Assembly (NCBI GenBank): GCA_963783385.1
Contig: CAWANJ010000001.1
Location: 256,001 to 320,000 of the forward strand
Direction of reading: 5' to 3'
Source of the DNA: an uncultured Gemmatimonadales bacterium
GTDB taxonomy: Bacteria; Gemmatimonadota; Gemmatimonadetes; Palauibacterales; Palauibacteraceae
Length of the DNA: 64,000 nucleotides
The notes beneath the pieces were generated by a model. The model was not told the origin of the DNA and searched no databases. It was given only the letters and a program-made list of their open reading frames with translations. Below, one piece after another: positions 53,224-62,707 of this stretch (position 1 is the first letter of the stretch; every line of letters begins with the position of its first letter). Position numbers and translations under genes: made by a program.

Positions 53224-53409
53224 CTACTTCTTCTTTTTCGCCGGCGCCTTCTTCTTGGGAGCCGTCTTTTTCTTGGGGGCGGTCTTCTTCTTGGGCGCCG
53301 TCTTCTTCTTGGGAGCCGTCTTTTTCTTGGGGGCGGCCTTCTTCTTGGGCGCCGCCTTCTTCTTGGGAGCCGCCTTCCTGGACGTCTTCTTCGCCGCCTT
53401 CTTGGGCAT
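53224..53409 (-). CDS. Histone H1-like lysine-rich nucleoid protein (61 aa)
   Basis: MPKKAAKKTSRK followed by 7x (A/T)APKKK; 30 of 61 residues Lys; AGGAG RBS. Confidence 0.85.
   Translation of the reverse strand: MPKKAAKKTSRKAAPKKKAAPKKKAAPKKKTAPKKKTAPKKKTAPKKKTAPKKKAPAKKKK
53248..53373 (-). repeat. 18-bp coding tandem repeat x7
   Basis: Units such as GCGCCCAAGAAGAAG with synonymous variation. Confidence 0.9.
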
Positions 53410-53610
53410 GGTGCTCACTCCTGGTGAGGGGTGGGAACGAACGACGGGAACCACGCCGCGAAGGCGGGCTCGACGAGCCCGTCCCCACGACGCTCCGTGG
53501 CCCGCGGGCCCGGCCGGGCGGCCGGAGCGGGGCACTCGTTCGCGCACCTCGGCGCCCGGGCCAGGGACCCGGATGCCAGGGCGGCCATGGCGGCGGCCTT
53601 CACGGAAGGC

Positions 53611-56182
53611 TCAGCCGCATTCACTGTAACCGCAGGCCAGGCATTTCACGCATCCCTCCGCGAACTGGAGGCTGGTGCCGCAGTCGGGGCAGGTGCCGAT
53701 GAAGGCGCGGGCGTTCTGCTCGTGGATCCGCTGGATGACCGGACGGCTCGCCGTCTGCGTGCCGCCGTTCGTCTTCTTGGCGTGGCCCACCTCCTGGATG
53801 GGGAGCTGCTGCTGGATGCCCTCCCGCTCCTCGAGGTAGCGCTCGATGATCTGCGCGATGGCGTCGGGGCTGGACAGCACCTTCTTCTCGCCGAAGCCCA
53901 CGGCCCGGTCCGAGGAGATGCCGCGCAGCTGCGTGTGGATCTCCCGCAGCGGCACGCCCGACCGCAGGGCCAGGCTGATGAGCCGGCCGATCGCCTCCGC
54001 ATCGGCCATGGCGGCGCCGCCCGCCTTGCCGAGGGCCACGAACACCTCGAACGGACGGCCCTTCTCGTCCTCGTTGATCGTCACGTACATGGTGCCGAGC
54101 GGCGACTCGATCTTGCGCGTACGCCCGGTGAGCACGTCGGGCCGATCGCGCACCATCGGCTGCTTTACCATGCCGCTCTCGAGCTCGGTCACGCGCTGCC
54201 GGGCCCGGTCGCGCTCCTCCACCAGGGACTCGCGCTCGTGCTCGAGCTCCTCGAGACGCTCCACCGCGCCGGCCAGCTCCGCCGCCAGTTCGGGGTCGCC
54301 GACCCGCTCGAGCGCCTCCTCCACCACGCCGGCCGCCTCCTGGACCTTTCTGGCCGTCTTGCCGGTGGAGAGGACCTGCTCGTCCCGGGAGCCGTCCCGG
54401 TAGACCGTGACGCCCTTGCAGCGCAGCCGGAAGGCGAGAAGGAAGATCTCGCGTACGTCGTCCACGGTGGCCGACTCCGAGAAGTTGCACGTCTTCGGAA
54501 TGGCGCTGTCCACGTGCTCCTGGAAGGCGGCCTGCATGCGGATGTGCTGCTCGGGCGACACGTCGTGGGCCGTGACGAACAGCTTCTGGATCGCCTCGGA
54601 CACCTCGTCGAAGTGGATGTGGCCCTCGTCGGCGATGCGCCGCACGAGATCCTCGGAGTACCACCCGCCCTCACGGGCCATGCGCACGAAGGCGGGGTTG
54701 ACGTCCGGCATGAGCGTCCCGGCCTGGTTGCGCATGAACGCCACCGCGTACAGCGGCTCGATGCCTCCCGAGCAGCCCGCGATGATCGAGATCGTTCCCG
54801 TGGGGGCGACGGTGGTCACGTTGCAGTTGCGCAGCCGACGGCAGGGGCGGATGCGCTCCCCCTCGGGACCGCGGGCGCAGGTCGCGTCCGGACCCCAGAT
54901 GGAGCGTTCCCACTCCGGGAACACCCCGCGGCGGGTGGCGAGCCGCTCGGACTCGACCTTGGCCTCCTCGTCAATGAAGGCCATGAGCTTGCGCGCCAGC
55001 TCAATGGAGGCCCCGGAGCCGTAGGAGATGCCGAGCTCCACGAGCAGGTCGGCCCAGCCCATCACGCCGAGGCCGACCCGGCGGATGCGCTGCGACAGGT
55101 CGTCGATCGCCTCGAGCGGGTAGTTGTTGGCATCGATCACGTTGTCGAGGAAGTGGGTGGCGCAGCCGCACCGTCTCGCCCAGCGCCTCCCAGTCCACCT
55201 TCCCGCCCTCGGCGAAGGCGCCCACGTTCACCGAGCCGAGGTTGCACACGTCGTAGGGCAGGAGCGGCTGCTCGCCGCACGGGTTGGTGGCCTCGTACGA
55301 GCCCAGGTGCGGGACCGGGTTGCAGCGGTTGGCCTCGTCGATCAGGAACACGCCCGGCTCACCGTTTCGCCAGGCGCCCGCCACGATGCGGTCGAACACC
55401 TCCCGGGCCCGCAAATGCTGGACGGGCTGACCCGTGCGCGGGTTGATGAGGTCGTACTCGTCGTCCGCCTCGACCGCGTCAATGAAGGCGTCCGTGATCG
55501 CCACCGAGATGTTGAAGTTCGTGATCTTGTGGCCCTCGCGCTTGCAATCGATGAACTCGAGGATGTCGGGATGGTCGACCCGCAGGATCCCCATGTTGGC
55601 GCCCCGGCGCGTGCCGCCCTGCTTCACGGCCTCGGTGGAGGCGTCATACACCTCCATGAAGCTCACCGGACCCGAAGCCACGCCCATGGTCGACTTCACC
55701 ACGTCGCCTCGGGGACGCAGGCGGCTGAAGCCGAATCCCGTTCCGCCGCCCGACTGGTGGATGAGCGCCATGTTGCGGAGCGTGTCGTAGATGCCGTCGA
55801 GCCGGTCGGGCACGGGCAGGACGAAGCAGGCCGACAGCTGTCCCAGGGGACGGCCGGCGTTCATGAGCGTGGGGCTGTTGGGCTCGAAGCGCCCGGTGGT
55901 CATGAGGTCGTAGAAGGCGCGGGCCGAGCGCTCCACCTCGTCCCGGTCGGCGCCGTAACTGGCGTCCTCGGCGGCGATGACGCGGGCCACCCGCCAGAAC
56001 ATCTCGCGGGGCTCCTCGGTGGGCTGGCCGTCCGCGTCCTTCTTCAGGTACCGGCGCGCGAGCACCGTCCGGGCGTTGTCCGTCAGGGTCGGCTCGGGAA
56101 GGTCGCTGGCGGTGGTGGTCTCGCCGATGGCCCGGGCGATGGTCTCGGGTGGGTTCATCGCTGCTCGCCCCTCTGTGCTCAT
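53611..56182 (-). CDS. nrdJ: Vitamin B12-dependent (class II) ribonucleotide reductase with C-terminal TSCPD/Zn-ribbon region; apparent +1 frameshift at ~55162
   Basis: [31 protein letters not shown] in the first frame; [40 protein letters not shown] in the second; CTG-C-GCC carries one extra base. Confidence 0.95.
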
Positions 56183-56503
56183 GGTTCGCGGCTGTTTGCG
56201 TGCGTACGGCGGGTCGTGCCCCGGCCACCGGAGGATGCCCGGGGACCCGAGACGGAACCGGCGCTCGCGTCGGGTCCCGTCGGGCTCCCCGGAGGAGCGT
56301 GCCCGCGGGGCGGGTCCCGTCGCGAAGCGCCGGCCCGTATCGGTCGACGCGGCCTGTCTTTCGAGGCGTCCGGCCCACGTCGTGGCCCGACCCGCGGGAG
56401 GAGCCCGACGTCGGCTCCTACCACAAGTTACACCACCGTGGGCGGCTGGTCTCGCTCTATAGGAAGGGTCCGGCGGGGGCTCCCGTCACCGCATCGTCCG
56501 CAC

Positions 56504-56555
56504 TTGTCCACACCCCCGCCGGACTTGTTCACGACTTTCCACATCTTTTTCAACA
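56504..56555 (+). promoter_or_regulatory. Array of four DnaA-box-like nonamers in the nrdJ leader
   Basis: TTGTCCACA 56504, TTGTTCACG 56525, CTTTCCACA 56535, TTTTCAACA 56547, all in the same orientation. Confidence 0.55.
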
Positions 56556-56559
56556 TCCC

Positions 56560-56611
56560 CCCCAATATCTTGGGGTATCCCGAGTCTACGCCCACGACAT
56601 GTTGTGGTCAA
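56560..56611 (-). promoter_or_regulatory. nrdJ promoter (TTGACC-17-TAGACT) with tandem NrdR boxes
   Basis: CCCCAATATCTTGGGG (56560-56575) and CCACGACATGTTGTGG (56592-56607), 32 bp apart; both fit the NrdR core CwAtATaTwG. Confidence 0.85.
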
Positions 56612-56767
56612 GAGGCCGACCGGCCCGAAGTGGGAGATCCGGGCGGCGGCGGGCTGTCGCGAGGTGGCCGGGCGCGTGCCGCCGGAGGAACCGCGGGAGC
56701 GGTGGGTCATGGGCCCCCTCCGCGGACCGGGGGACGGAGCCCGTGCGCCCCGTTCCGCACCGGACCA

Positions 56768-57253
56768 TCAGCGCTCGAAGAAACGCCTGTTTCGGAAGAG
56801 GTACGGAAGACACACGACGTACAGCAGGGCATAGAAGTCGAGCACCGAGGCCGGGGCTCCGCCCCACAGGGGCGCCAGAAGCTGGGCCAGGAACCCGAGC
56901 CCGAACAGGGCCGCGAACCCGACGGCGGCCCACCACGCCCACGCCCGCCAGGTGACCACGCCCCAGCCGGCGACCAGTAGCCCGCCGCCGAACAGCGCCA
57001 TGGCAATGCGCGGCACGGGGGCCGAGAGCACCCAGCCGCCGGCCCGCAGACCGAACATGCGCACGGTGCCGGGCGGCGGCCCGAACAGGGACCACGCGGA
57101 CGCGAACAGCGCCGCGAGGCCGCCCAGGGCCATGAGGGCGACCAGCAGCTTGCCCGGCCACGCGTGCACGGGGCTCCGGTCGGGATCGGGCACGGGAGGC
57201 CCCTCCCCGGCCGGCGGCCCCGGCGGAGCCGGCTCCGGTCCCGCCGGCCTCAC
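56768..57253 (-). CDS. Hypothetical membrane protein (about 4 TM)
   Basis: GTG start overlapping the upstream TGA; four hydrophobic segments. Confidence 0.7.
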   Translation of the reverse strand: MRPAGPEPAPPGPPAGEGPPVPDPDRSPVHAWPGKLLVALMALGGLAALFASAWSLFGPPPGTVRMFGLRAGGWVLSAPVPRIAMALFGGGLLVAGWGVVTWRAWAWWAAVGFAALFGLGFLAQLLAPLWGGAPASVLDFYALLYVVCLPYLFRNRRFFER

Positions 57254-57777
57254 GCCTGGGTCCACCGTCCCCCGCGATGGCCCTCCTTGAGGAGCGCGTA
57301 GTGCTCGACCGTTTGCCGCATGCGCTCTCTGAGACGATCGTCCACCGTGCGGATGATCCTGGCCGGAAGTCCCACGACGAGGCTGTCCGGCGGCACCTCC
57401 ATCCCCTCGGTGACGACCGCCCCGGCGGCCACCAGCGAGCCGCTGCCGATGACGGCGCCCGACAGCACCACCGCGCCCATCCCAATGAGGCAGTCGTCCC
57501 TGATGCGGCAGCCGTGGATGATGGCGCGATGGCCGATCCCGACCCGGTCCCCGATCAGGCAGGGCATGTCCACGTCCACGTGGACCATCGTCAGGTCCTG
57601 GATGTTGGTCCGGGCGCCGACCCGGATGGGGGCAATGTCCCCCCGCAGGACGCACTGGTACCAGACGCTGGCCTCCTCGCCCAACTCCACGTCACCGATC
57701 ACGTCGGCCGAGGGGGCCACGAACGCGCTCTCCGGCACGCGGGGGCGCTCCCTCGTGGTGAGATCCTCCAGTCGCAT
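57250..57777 (-). CDS. Gamma carbonic anhydrase family (YrdA-like)
   Basis: IGDV...LRGD...NIQD..VH...IGH.AIIHGC hexapeptide repeats. Confidence 0.92.
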   Translation of the reverse strand: MRLEDLTTRERPRVPESAFVAPSADVIGDVELGEEASVWYQCVLRGDIAPIRVGARTNIQDLTMVHVDVDMPCLIGDRVGIGHRAIIHGCRIRDDCLIGMGAVVLSGAVIGSGSLVAAGAVVTEGMEVPPDSLVVGLPARIIRTVDDRLRERMRQTVEHYALLKEGHRGGRWTQA

Positions 57778-59855
57778 CACCTCTCCTCTCTGGATGGTTT
57801 CCGGGCGCGGGCGCGCAGGAAGGCACGCAGGCCGTCCAGCACGCCGCGCGCATAGGACTCCTGGAAGACGGCCGTGCGCAGGGCCGCCTCCTGTCTCGGC
57901 ATCATGATGAACACCCCCTCGACGAGCACCGCGGGCATCCAGCTCTGCCGCACCACGGCGAGGTCCCCCCACGCGATCCCCAGGTCCCGCAGGCCCAGGG
58001 AGCGCAGCACTCCGGCCTGCACGTCGCCCGCCAGCTCCCGGGAGGTCTCCTGATAGTAGTACGTGCTCGTCCCCGATTCCCCGAACGGCCGAACTCCATC
58101 GGGGAGCGCGTTCTGGTGCACGGACACGAACAGCTCGGCGCCGGCCGAGTCGGCCCGGCGCGCCCGCTCGTACAGTCCCACCGGCAGCGTGTCCCGTCGG
58201 ATGAGCACGGGCGTTGCGCCGGCCTCCCGGAGCAGCTCGGCGAGGCGCCGGGCCACGGTGAGGTTGGCGTCGCCCTCGTACATGCCGGTGGGGCCGTGCG
58301 CGCCGGCCGGGGGGTGCCCGGGGTCGACCGCGATCGTGCGGCCCCTCAGGGGATGGGCCGGGTCGATGCGGGGCGGCCGCCGGATCTCCAGGTGGAGCGT
58401 GCCGCCGGTGGCGATCCGGTGGGCCGGCGCGCGGACCGAGTCCGCCGCCGGCGCGTCGTCTCCGCCCTCCCACGACAGGCGCCACCCCCACACCGGCGCC
58501 GCCAGCGACAGCTCCAGCCGCCACCGGCGCCCGCTGAGCTGGTCCCAGGAGGCTCCGACGAGCAGGGGGTCGCGCGGGCCGTAGGCCAGCCGGTTGGTGC
58601 GTCCCCTGGTGTCGTACAGGGTGAGGGCGAGGCGCGAGCCCGACGTCCGCACCCGCACCGGGACCCGGTCGCCGAGCGGGATGGACACGCTGAGCTCGTC
58701 CGGCTCGGGGACGATCCGGATGTCGCCGGCCCGGGCCGAGGGGGTCGGCGTGCCCTCAGGGAAGAAGCGCGCGTCGGCCGTGTCCGTCCACGCCTCCAGG
58801 GCGGGACCGAGCCGAATCCGCAGTCGGTCGCCGAGCCGCCCATCCACGGCCGCCACGGTTCGGTCCGGGAAACGCCACAGGTAGGGCCCGGACGGCAGGG
58901 GACGGCCCACCACCACGTCGGCCCGTCCGTTCACGGTGTCCGGCGCCTCGATCAGCTCCGCGACGGGCGGCGCGGCGGGATCCACCAGGCGCAGCGGGTA
59001 GCGGGCCGAGGCCCGGGCGGTGTCTCCCGCCGCCACCAGCTCCACCCCGTAGGCGATGCTGTCCAGCGGCGCCGACCCGAGCGTGGGCGCCTTCCCCACG
59101 GCCCGCGTCGCTCCGGGGACGGCCGCCGTGTCCTCCACGCCCTCCTCGCGGTCGCGGCCGGCCGGGTTCGCGCCCGGCCCCGCCGCCGTATCCGGGCCCG
59201 TGGCCCGGCCGGCGGCGTACACCTCCCGGGCCGGGATCCTGAGCTCGTACCGGCCCGGCGACACCTCGCGCATCCGGTAGCGTCGCCGGCCGGACGACAG
59301 CCAGGCTTCGTCACCCGGGGCGCCGCGCACCGACAGGAGGAGCTCCTCGTCCGGACGAGCCCAGCGCTCCGGCCGATCCCGGAGCGCGGCCGTGTCGATC
59401 CAGGCAGCCCCCTCTCCGCGGTACGGCCGTGCTGGCAGGAGGATCGGCCAGCGGAGGGTGTCGGCCCGCCCTTCCCCCCGGGCCACCAGGACATACTCCG
59501 CCGTGTCGCCCGCCACCGTGTCCGGCACCGGGAGCCACGCCAGGAAGGCGCCGTTCGGCTCGACGCTCACGGGGATCCCGTCGATCGTGAGACCGGCGTC
59601 CCCGGTGCCGGTCGTCCCGAGCAGGAAGTTGGAGTCCCGTACGGCGATGCGTGCCAGCGAGTCCGGATAGACTACGCGGAGGGCGACGGGGCCGGTGACG
59701 CGGGGGACCGGCGGCAACGCTCCCCGCGCGGCCGCCGGCCCGGTCCCGGCCGACCCCGGTCCGCCACCGGATGCGCACGCGGCACCCACCCAGGCCGCCG
59801 CCACGCACGTCCACGCCAGGATCGCGGCCCGGCTCCTCGTCTCATCCGGCCTCAC
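57777..59855 (-). CDS. N-acetylmuramoyl-L-alanine amidase (Amidase_3) lipoprotein
   Basis: Lipobox GAAC; C-terminal VDPGH, LYER, SVHQNA, PAVLVE. Confidence 0.9.
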   Translation of the reverse strand: MRPDETRSRAAILAWTCVAAAWVGAACASGGGPGSAGTGPAAARGALPPVPRVTGPVALRVVYPDSLARIAVRDSNFLLGTTGTGDAGLTIDGIPVSVEPNGAFLAWLPVPDTVAGDTAEYVLVARGEGRADTLRWPILLPARPYRGEGAAWIDTAALRDRPERWARPDEELLLSVRGAPGDEAWLSSGRRRYRMREVSPGRYELRIPAREVYAAGRATGPDTAAGPGANPAGRDREEGVEDTAAVPGATRAVGKAPTLGSAPLDSIAYGVELVAAGDTARASARYPLRLVDPAAPPVAELIEAPDTVNGRADVVVGRPLPSGPYLWRFPDRTVAAVDGRLGDRLRIRLGPALEAWTDTADARFFPEGTPTPSARAGDIRIVPEPDELSVSIPLGDRVPVRVRTSGSRLALTLYDTRGRTNRLAYGPRDPLLVGASWDQLSGRRWRLELSLAAPVWGWRLSWEGGDDAPAADSVRAPAHRIATGGTLHLEIRRPPRIDPAHPLRGRTIAVDPGHPPAGAHGPTGMYEGDANLTVARRLAELLREAGATPVLIRRDTLPVGLYERARRADSAGAELFVSVHQNALPDGVRPFGESGTSTYYYQETSRELAGDVQAGVLRSLGLRDLGIAWGDLAVVRQSWMPAVLVEGVFIMMPRQEAALRTAVFQESYARGVLDGLRAFLRARARKPSREER

Positions 59856-59892
59856 GCCGTCCTCCCCTCGCCAATAGCCCGCGCTCCCGGCC

Positions 59893-60000
59893 TCACGCCC
59901 CGACCTCCTCCGTCCCGGTGGCTGCGTCCGCGCTCGCCCGGGCGCGCAGCCACCACAGCCCGACCAATCCCGCCATCGCCACGGCCGCCGTAGAGCGCAT
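59893..60000 (-). CDS. Possible 35-aa single-TM peptide or gene remnant
   Basis: MRSTAAVAMAGLVGLWWLRARASADAATGTEEVGA fills the nagZ-amidase gap; weak RBS. Confidence 0.3.
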   Translation of the reverse strand: MRSTAAVAMAGLVGLWWLRARASADAATGTEEVGA

Positions 60001-60030
60001 CCCGGTCGGCTCGGCGTTCGCCCCCACCTC

Positions 60031-61566
60031 TCAGCTCCCGGGGGCGGCGGCGCGGGCAGCCAGCCACGCCGCGGCGCCCCGCTCCATGATCGGCTCGGAG
60101 GCCCAGGCGCACAGGCCCGCCATCCCCCGCTCCTCGAGGATCCGCGCGGGGCCGAGGACGACCGGGAGCACGGCTTGGCCCGCCCCCAGGAGCCCGTCGA
60201 GCCGGGCGGCCGCCTCCTCGCCGAGCCCCGCCCTGCCCTTCCAGGCCCGCGGCGTGGCCTCCACCAGCACCACGAGCGGCGCGCTATCGCCCGACGGCCC
60301 CGCGCTCGCCTCGTTCCCGGCCTGCGTGCCCCGCTCCACGTCGAAGCCTCGCACAGCGAGCTCGGCCGCGAACGCTTCGCCGAGCCCGGCGGCTCCGGCC
60401 TCGCCGTCGTCGGACAGGCAGGCCACCCGGACCCGCCCGGACGCGGCACGCTGCAGCCACGCGTCCATCGCTCTGTCGCCGCCCCCTTCGGCTCCCACCC
60501 TCCTCACGCACGCCTCGGCCAGGGCGGTGATCGACGCGGACGCGGGCCGGAACGACGGCAGGTCGGTCTCGGCCGGCTCCGGCGCGCTCCCGCCGCCGAA
60601 GCGCGTCCACGCCGTTTCGCTCCGCTCGAGGGCCTGCTCCACCCGCGCCGCCAGTCGCGGATCGGCGCCAGCGGCCTGGCGCATGGTGCGGGCGGTAAGA
60701 GCGGGATCGGAGGGGTAGAGCAGCAGGTCGCAGCCGGCGCGCAGCGCGCGGACGGCCCGCCAGCCCTGCGTGGCGGCCCCGGTCTTCCCGCTCCCGGCGA
60801 TGCCCCCCATGATGAGCGCATCGGTGACCACGAGCCCCCGGAAGCCGAGCTCTTCGCGCAGCAGTCCTCCGAGCACGACCGGGCTCAGGGTCGCCGGCCC
60901 ATCGCAGCCGAGCGCAGGGTAGGCCACGTGCGCGGTCATCACGGAGGCCACCTCCTCCGCCACGGCCCGGAAGGGCACCAGGTCGTCCTCCAGCGCCGAG
61001 CGCGGCGCATCGACCACCGGGAGCTCGGCGTGAGAGTCGGCGAGCGTGCGCCCGTGACCGGGGAAGTGCTTCGCACAGCTCGCCACCCCCAGGCCCTGGC
61101 ACCCCTCGATCCAGGCGCGGCCCAGCTCGGCGACACGGACCGGGTCCGTCCCGAACGACCGCGTGCCGACGATGGGGTTGCGCCCCTCGACATCCAGGTC
61201 GAGGACGGGGGCGAGGACCCAGTTCACGCCCAATCCTCTCGCTTCCAGGGCCGTGAGGCGAGCGGCGAGCCGCACCGCCTCGAGGGGGTGTGGGTGGGCG
61301 GCCAGGGCGGCCGGGGGCGGCAGGGTGGCCGCGCCCTCGAACTGCTGACCCGCCCCGCGCTCCAGGTCCGCGGCGAGCCACAGGGGACGACCGGCCGCCG
61401 TCCGCAGCCGCGCCGCCAGCTCGCGCACCTCGTCACAGCTTCCGCCGAACAGGAGGAAGCCCCCGACGCCCTCCTCCACCTGCCGGAGCGCCCGCGCGGC
61501 CGCCGCGTCGGCCGGCTCCCGGTCGAGCCGGATGGCGGGCAGGAGCAGCCGGGCCGGGTCCCTCAC
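60031..61566 (-). CDS. nagZ: GH3 beta-N-acetylhexosaminidase
   Basis: ADLERG, APVLD, KHFPGHG..ADSH, VMTAH, VTDAL. Confidence 0.9.
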   Translation of the reverse strand: MRDPARLLLPAIRLDREPADAAAARALRQVEEGVGGFLLFGGSCDEVRELAARLRTAAGRPLWLAADLERGAGQQFEGAATLPPPAALAAHPHPLEAVRLAARLTALEARGLGVNWVLAPVLDLDVEGRNPIVGTRSFGTDPVRVAELGRAWIEGCQGLGVASCAKHFPGHGRTLADSHAELPVVDAPRSALEDDLVPFRAVAEEVASVMTAHVAYPALGCDGPATLSPVVLGGLLREELGFRGLVVTDALIMGGIAGSGKTGAATQGWRAVRALRAGCDLLLYPSDPALTARTMRQAAGADPRLAARVEQALERSETAWTRFGGGSAPEPAETDLPSFRPASASITALAEACVRRVGAEGGGDRAMDAWLQRAASGRVRVACLSDDGEAGAAGLGEAFAAELAVRGFDVERGTQAGNEASAGPSGDSAPLVVLVEATPRAWKGRAGLGEEAAARLDGLLGAGQAVLPVVLGPARILEERGMAGLCAWASEPIMERGAAAWLAARAAAPGS

Positions 61567-62699
61567 GCCGGGACGGTCTTCCCCAGGAGCCGCGCGCCGC
61601 GCGCCCCGGTGGCCCATGGAGCGCCGGCCCGGTGGCCGAGGAGGTGCTGGCGGGCCAGGAGGGCGAAGGCGGCGGCCTCCCGCGCGTCGCCGTCCCAGCC
61701 CAGGGTCTCGAGCGGCCCGACGGTCCGCGGCGCCACGCGCGCGGCGATCCGGCGGACGAGCTCGGGGTTCCGTGCCCCGCCCCCGCACAGGAAGAGCTCC
61801 TCGACCTCGAAGGGCACCCACGTGAGCGCTCCAGCCACCGCCGCCGCGGTCACCTCGGTGAGGCTGGCCAGGAGGTCCTCGGGGCGATCACCGCGCGCCC
61901 GACACTCCTCCAGCCACGCCTCCAGGCGGGCCGGCCCGAAGCGCTCGCGGCCCGTCGTCCGCGGCGGGGCCTCCCGGAAGAACGGGTCCTGCAGCCATGC
62001 CTCCACCGCTCCGGGGAGCGCGGCGCCGCTCGCGGCCATGCGGCCGTCCTCGTCGAAGCGCGACCGCCCCCCGGTCAGCCGCTGCACCGCCGCGTCCAGG
62101 AGCACGACGCCCGGCCCCGTATCGAACGCGACGGGCGTCGCGTCGGAGCTCTCGTCGGGGAGGGCCGTGAGGTTCCCCATCCCCCCCAGGTTCAGGATCC
62201 CGCGACCCCGTTCGGGGGAGGCGAGGAGCAGGTGATCGAAGTAGGCCGAGATGGGCGCCCCGTGCCCGCCGGCCGCCACGTCGCGCACCCGGAAGTCCTC
62301 GACGACCGTGATCCTCGTCTCCTCCGCGATCACCGCGCCCTCGCCCAGCTGCAGCGTGCTGCCGGGACGATCGGCGGTGGGCGGCTCGTGCCACACCGTC
62401 TGGCCGGCGCACCCGACCGCGGCGACGTCGGCCGCCGCCAGGCCCTCCGCCTCGAGGGCCGCGACCAGGGCGGCCGCGAAGCGCCGGCCCAGCTCGAAGT
62501 CCAGGCGGCAGAGCTCCTCGACCCGGCCCTCTTCGCACGCCCGCCGCAGGCGGTCGCGGAAGGCGTCGTCGTACGGGTAGGAGTGGAATGCCGACACACC
62601 GGCCTCGGAGGGCCGCTCCTCCCGGCCCTCCAGCCGCACGAGAGCCACGTCGATCCCATCCAGGGAGGTGCCGGACATGAGACCCGCGTACAGGGGCAT
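61563..62699 (-). CDS. anmK: Anhydro-N-acetylmuramic acid kinase
   Basis: GLMSGTSLDGID, GQTVWH, GGHGAP, NLGG, FDTGPG, TTGRE, CGGGARN, REAAAFA. Confidence 0.95.
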   Translation of the reverse strand: MPLYAGLMSGTSLDGIDVALVRLEGREERPSEAGVSAFHSYPYDDAFRDRLRRACEEGRVEELCRLDFELGRRFAAALVAALEAEGLAAADVAAVGCAGQTVWHEPPTADRPGSTLQLGEGAVIAEETRITVVEDFRVRDVAAGGHGAPISAYFDHLLLASPERGRGILNLGGMGNLTALPDESSDATPVAFDTGPGVVLLDAAVQRLTGGRSRFDEDGRMAASGAALPGAVEAWLQDPFFREAPPRTTGRERFGPARLEAWLEECRARGDRPEDLLASLTEVTAAAVAGALTWVPFEVEELFLCGGGARNPELVRRIAARVAPRTVGPLETLGWDGDAREAAAFALLARQHLLGHRAGAPWATGARGARLLGKTVPA

Positions 62700-62707
62700 C
62701 GGTCGGC

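Noticed and set aside
53248-53373. CRISPR-like array
   Set aside because: Contiguous 18-bp coding repeats without spacers, and no cas genes.
56183-56500. Cobalamin riboswitch in the nrdJ leader
   Set aside because: No B12-box or conserved GGGAA/GCCACTG core is recognisable; an Rfam scan would be decisive.
56504-56580. Replication origin
   Set aside because: Only a few degenerate DnaA-like boxes, no extended AT-rich unwinding element and no dnaA/dnaN context; better explained as nrdJ regulation.
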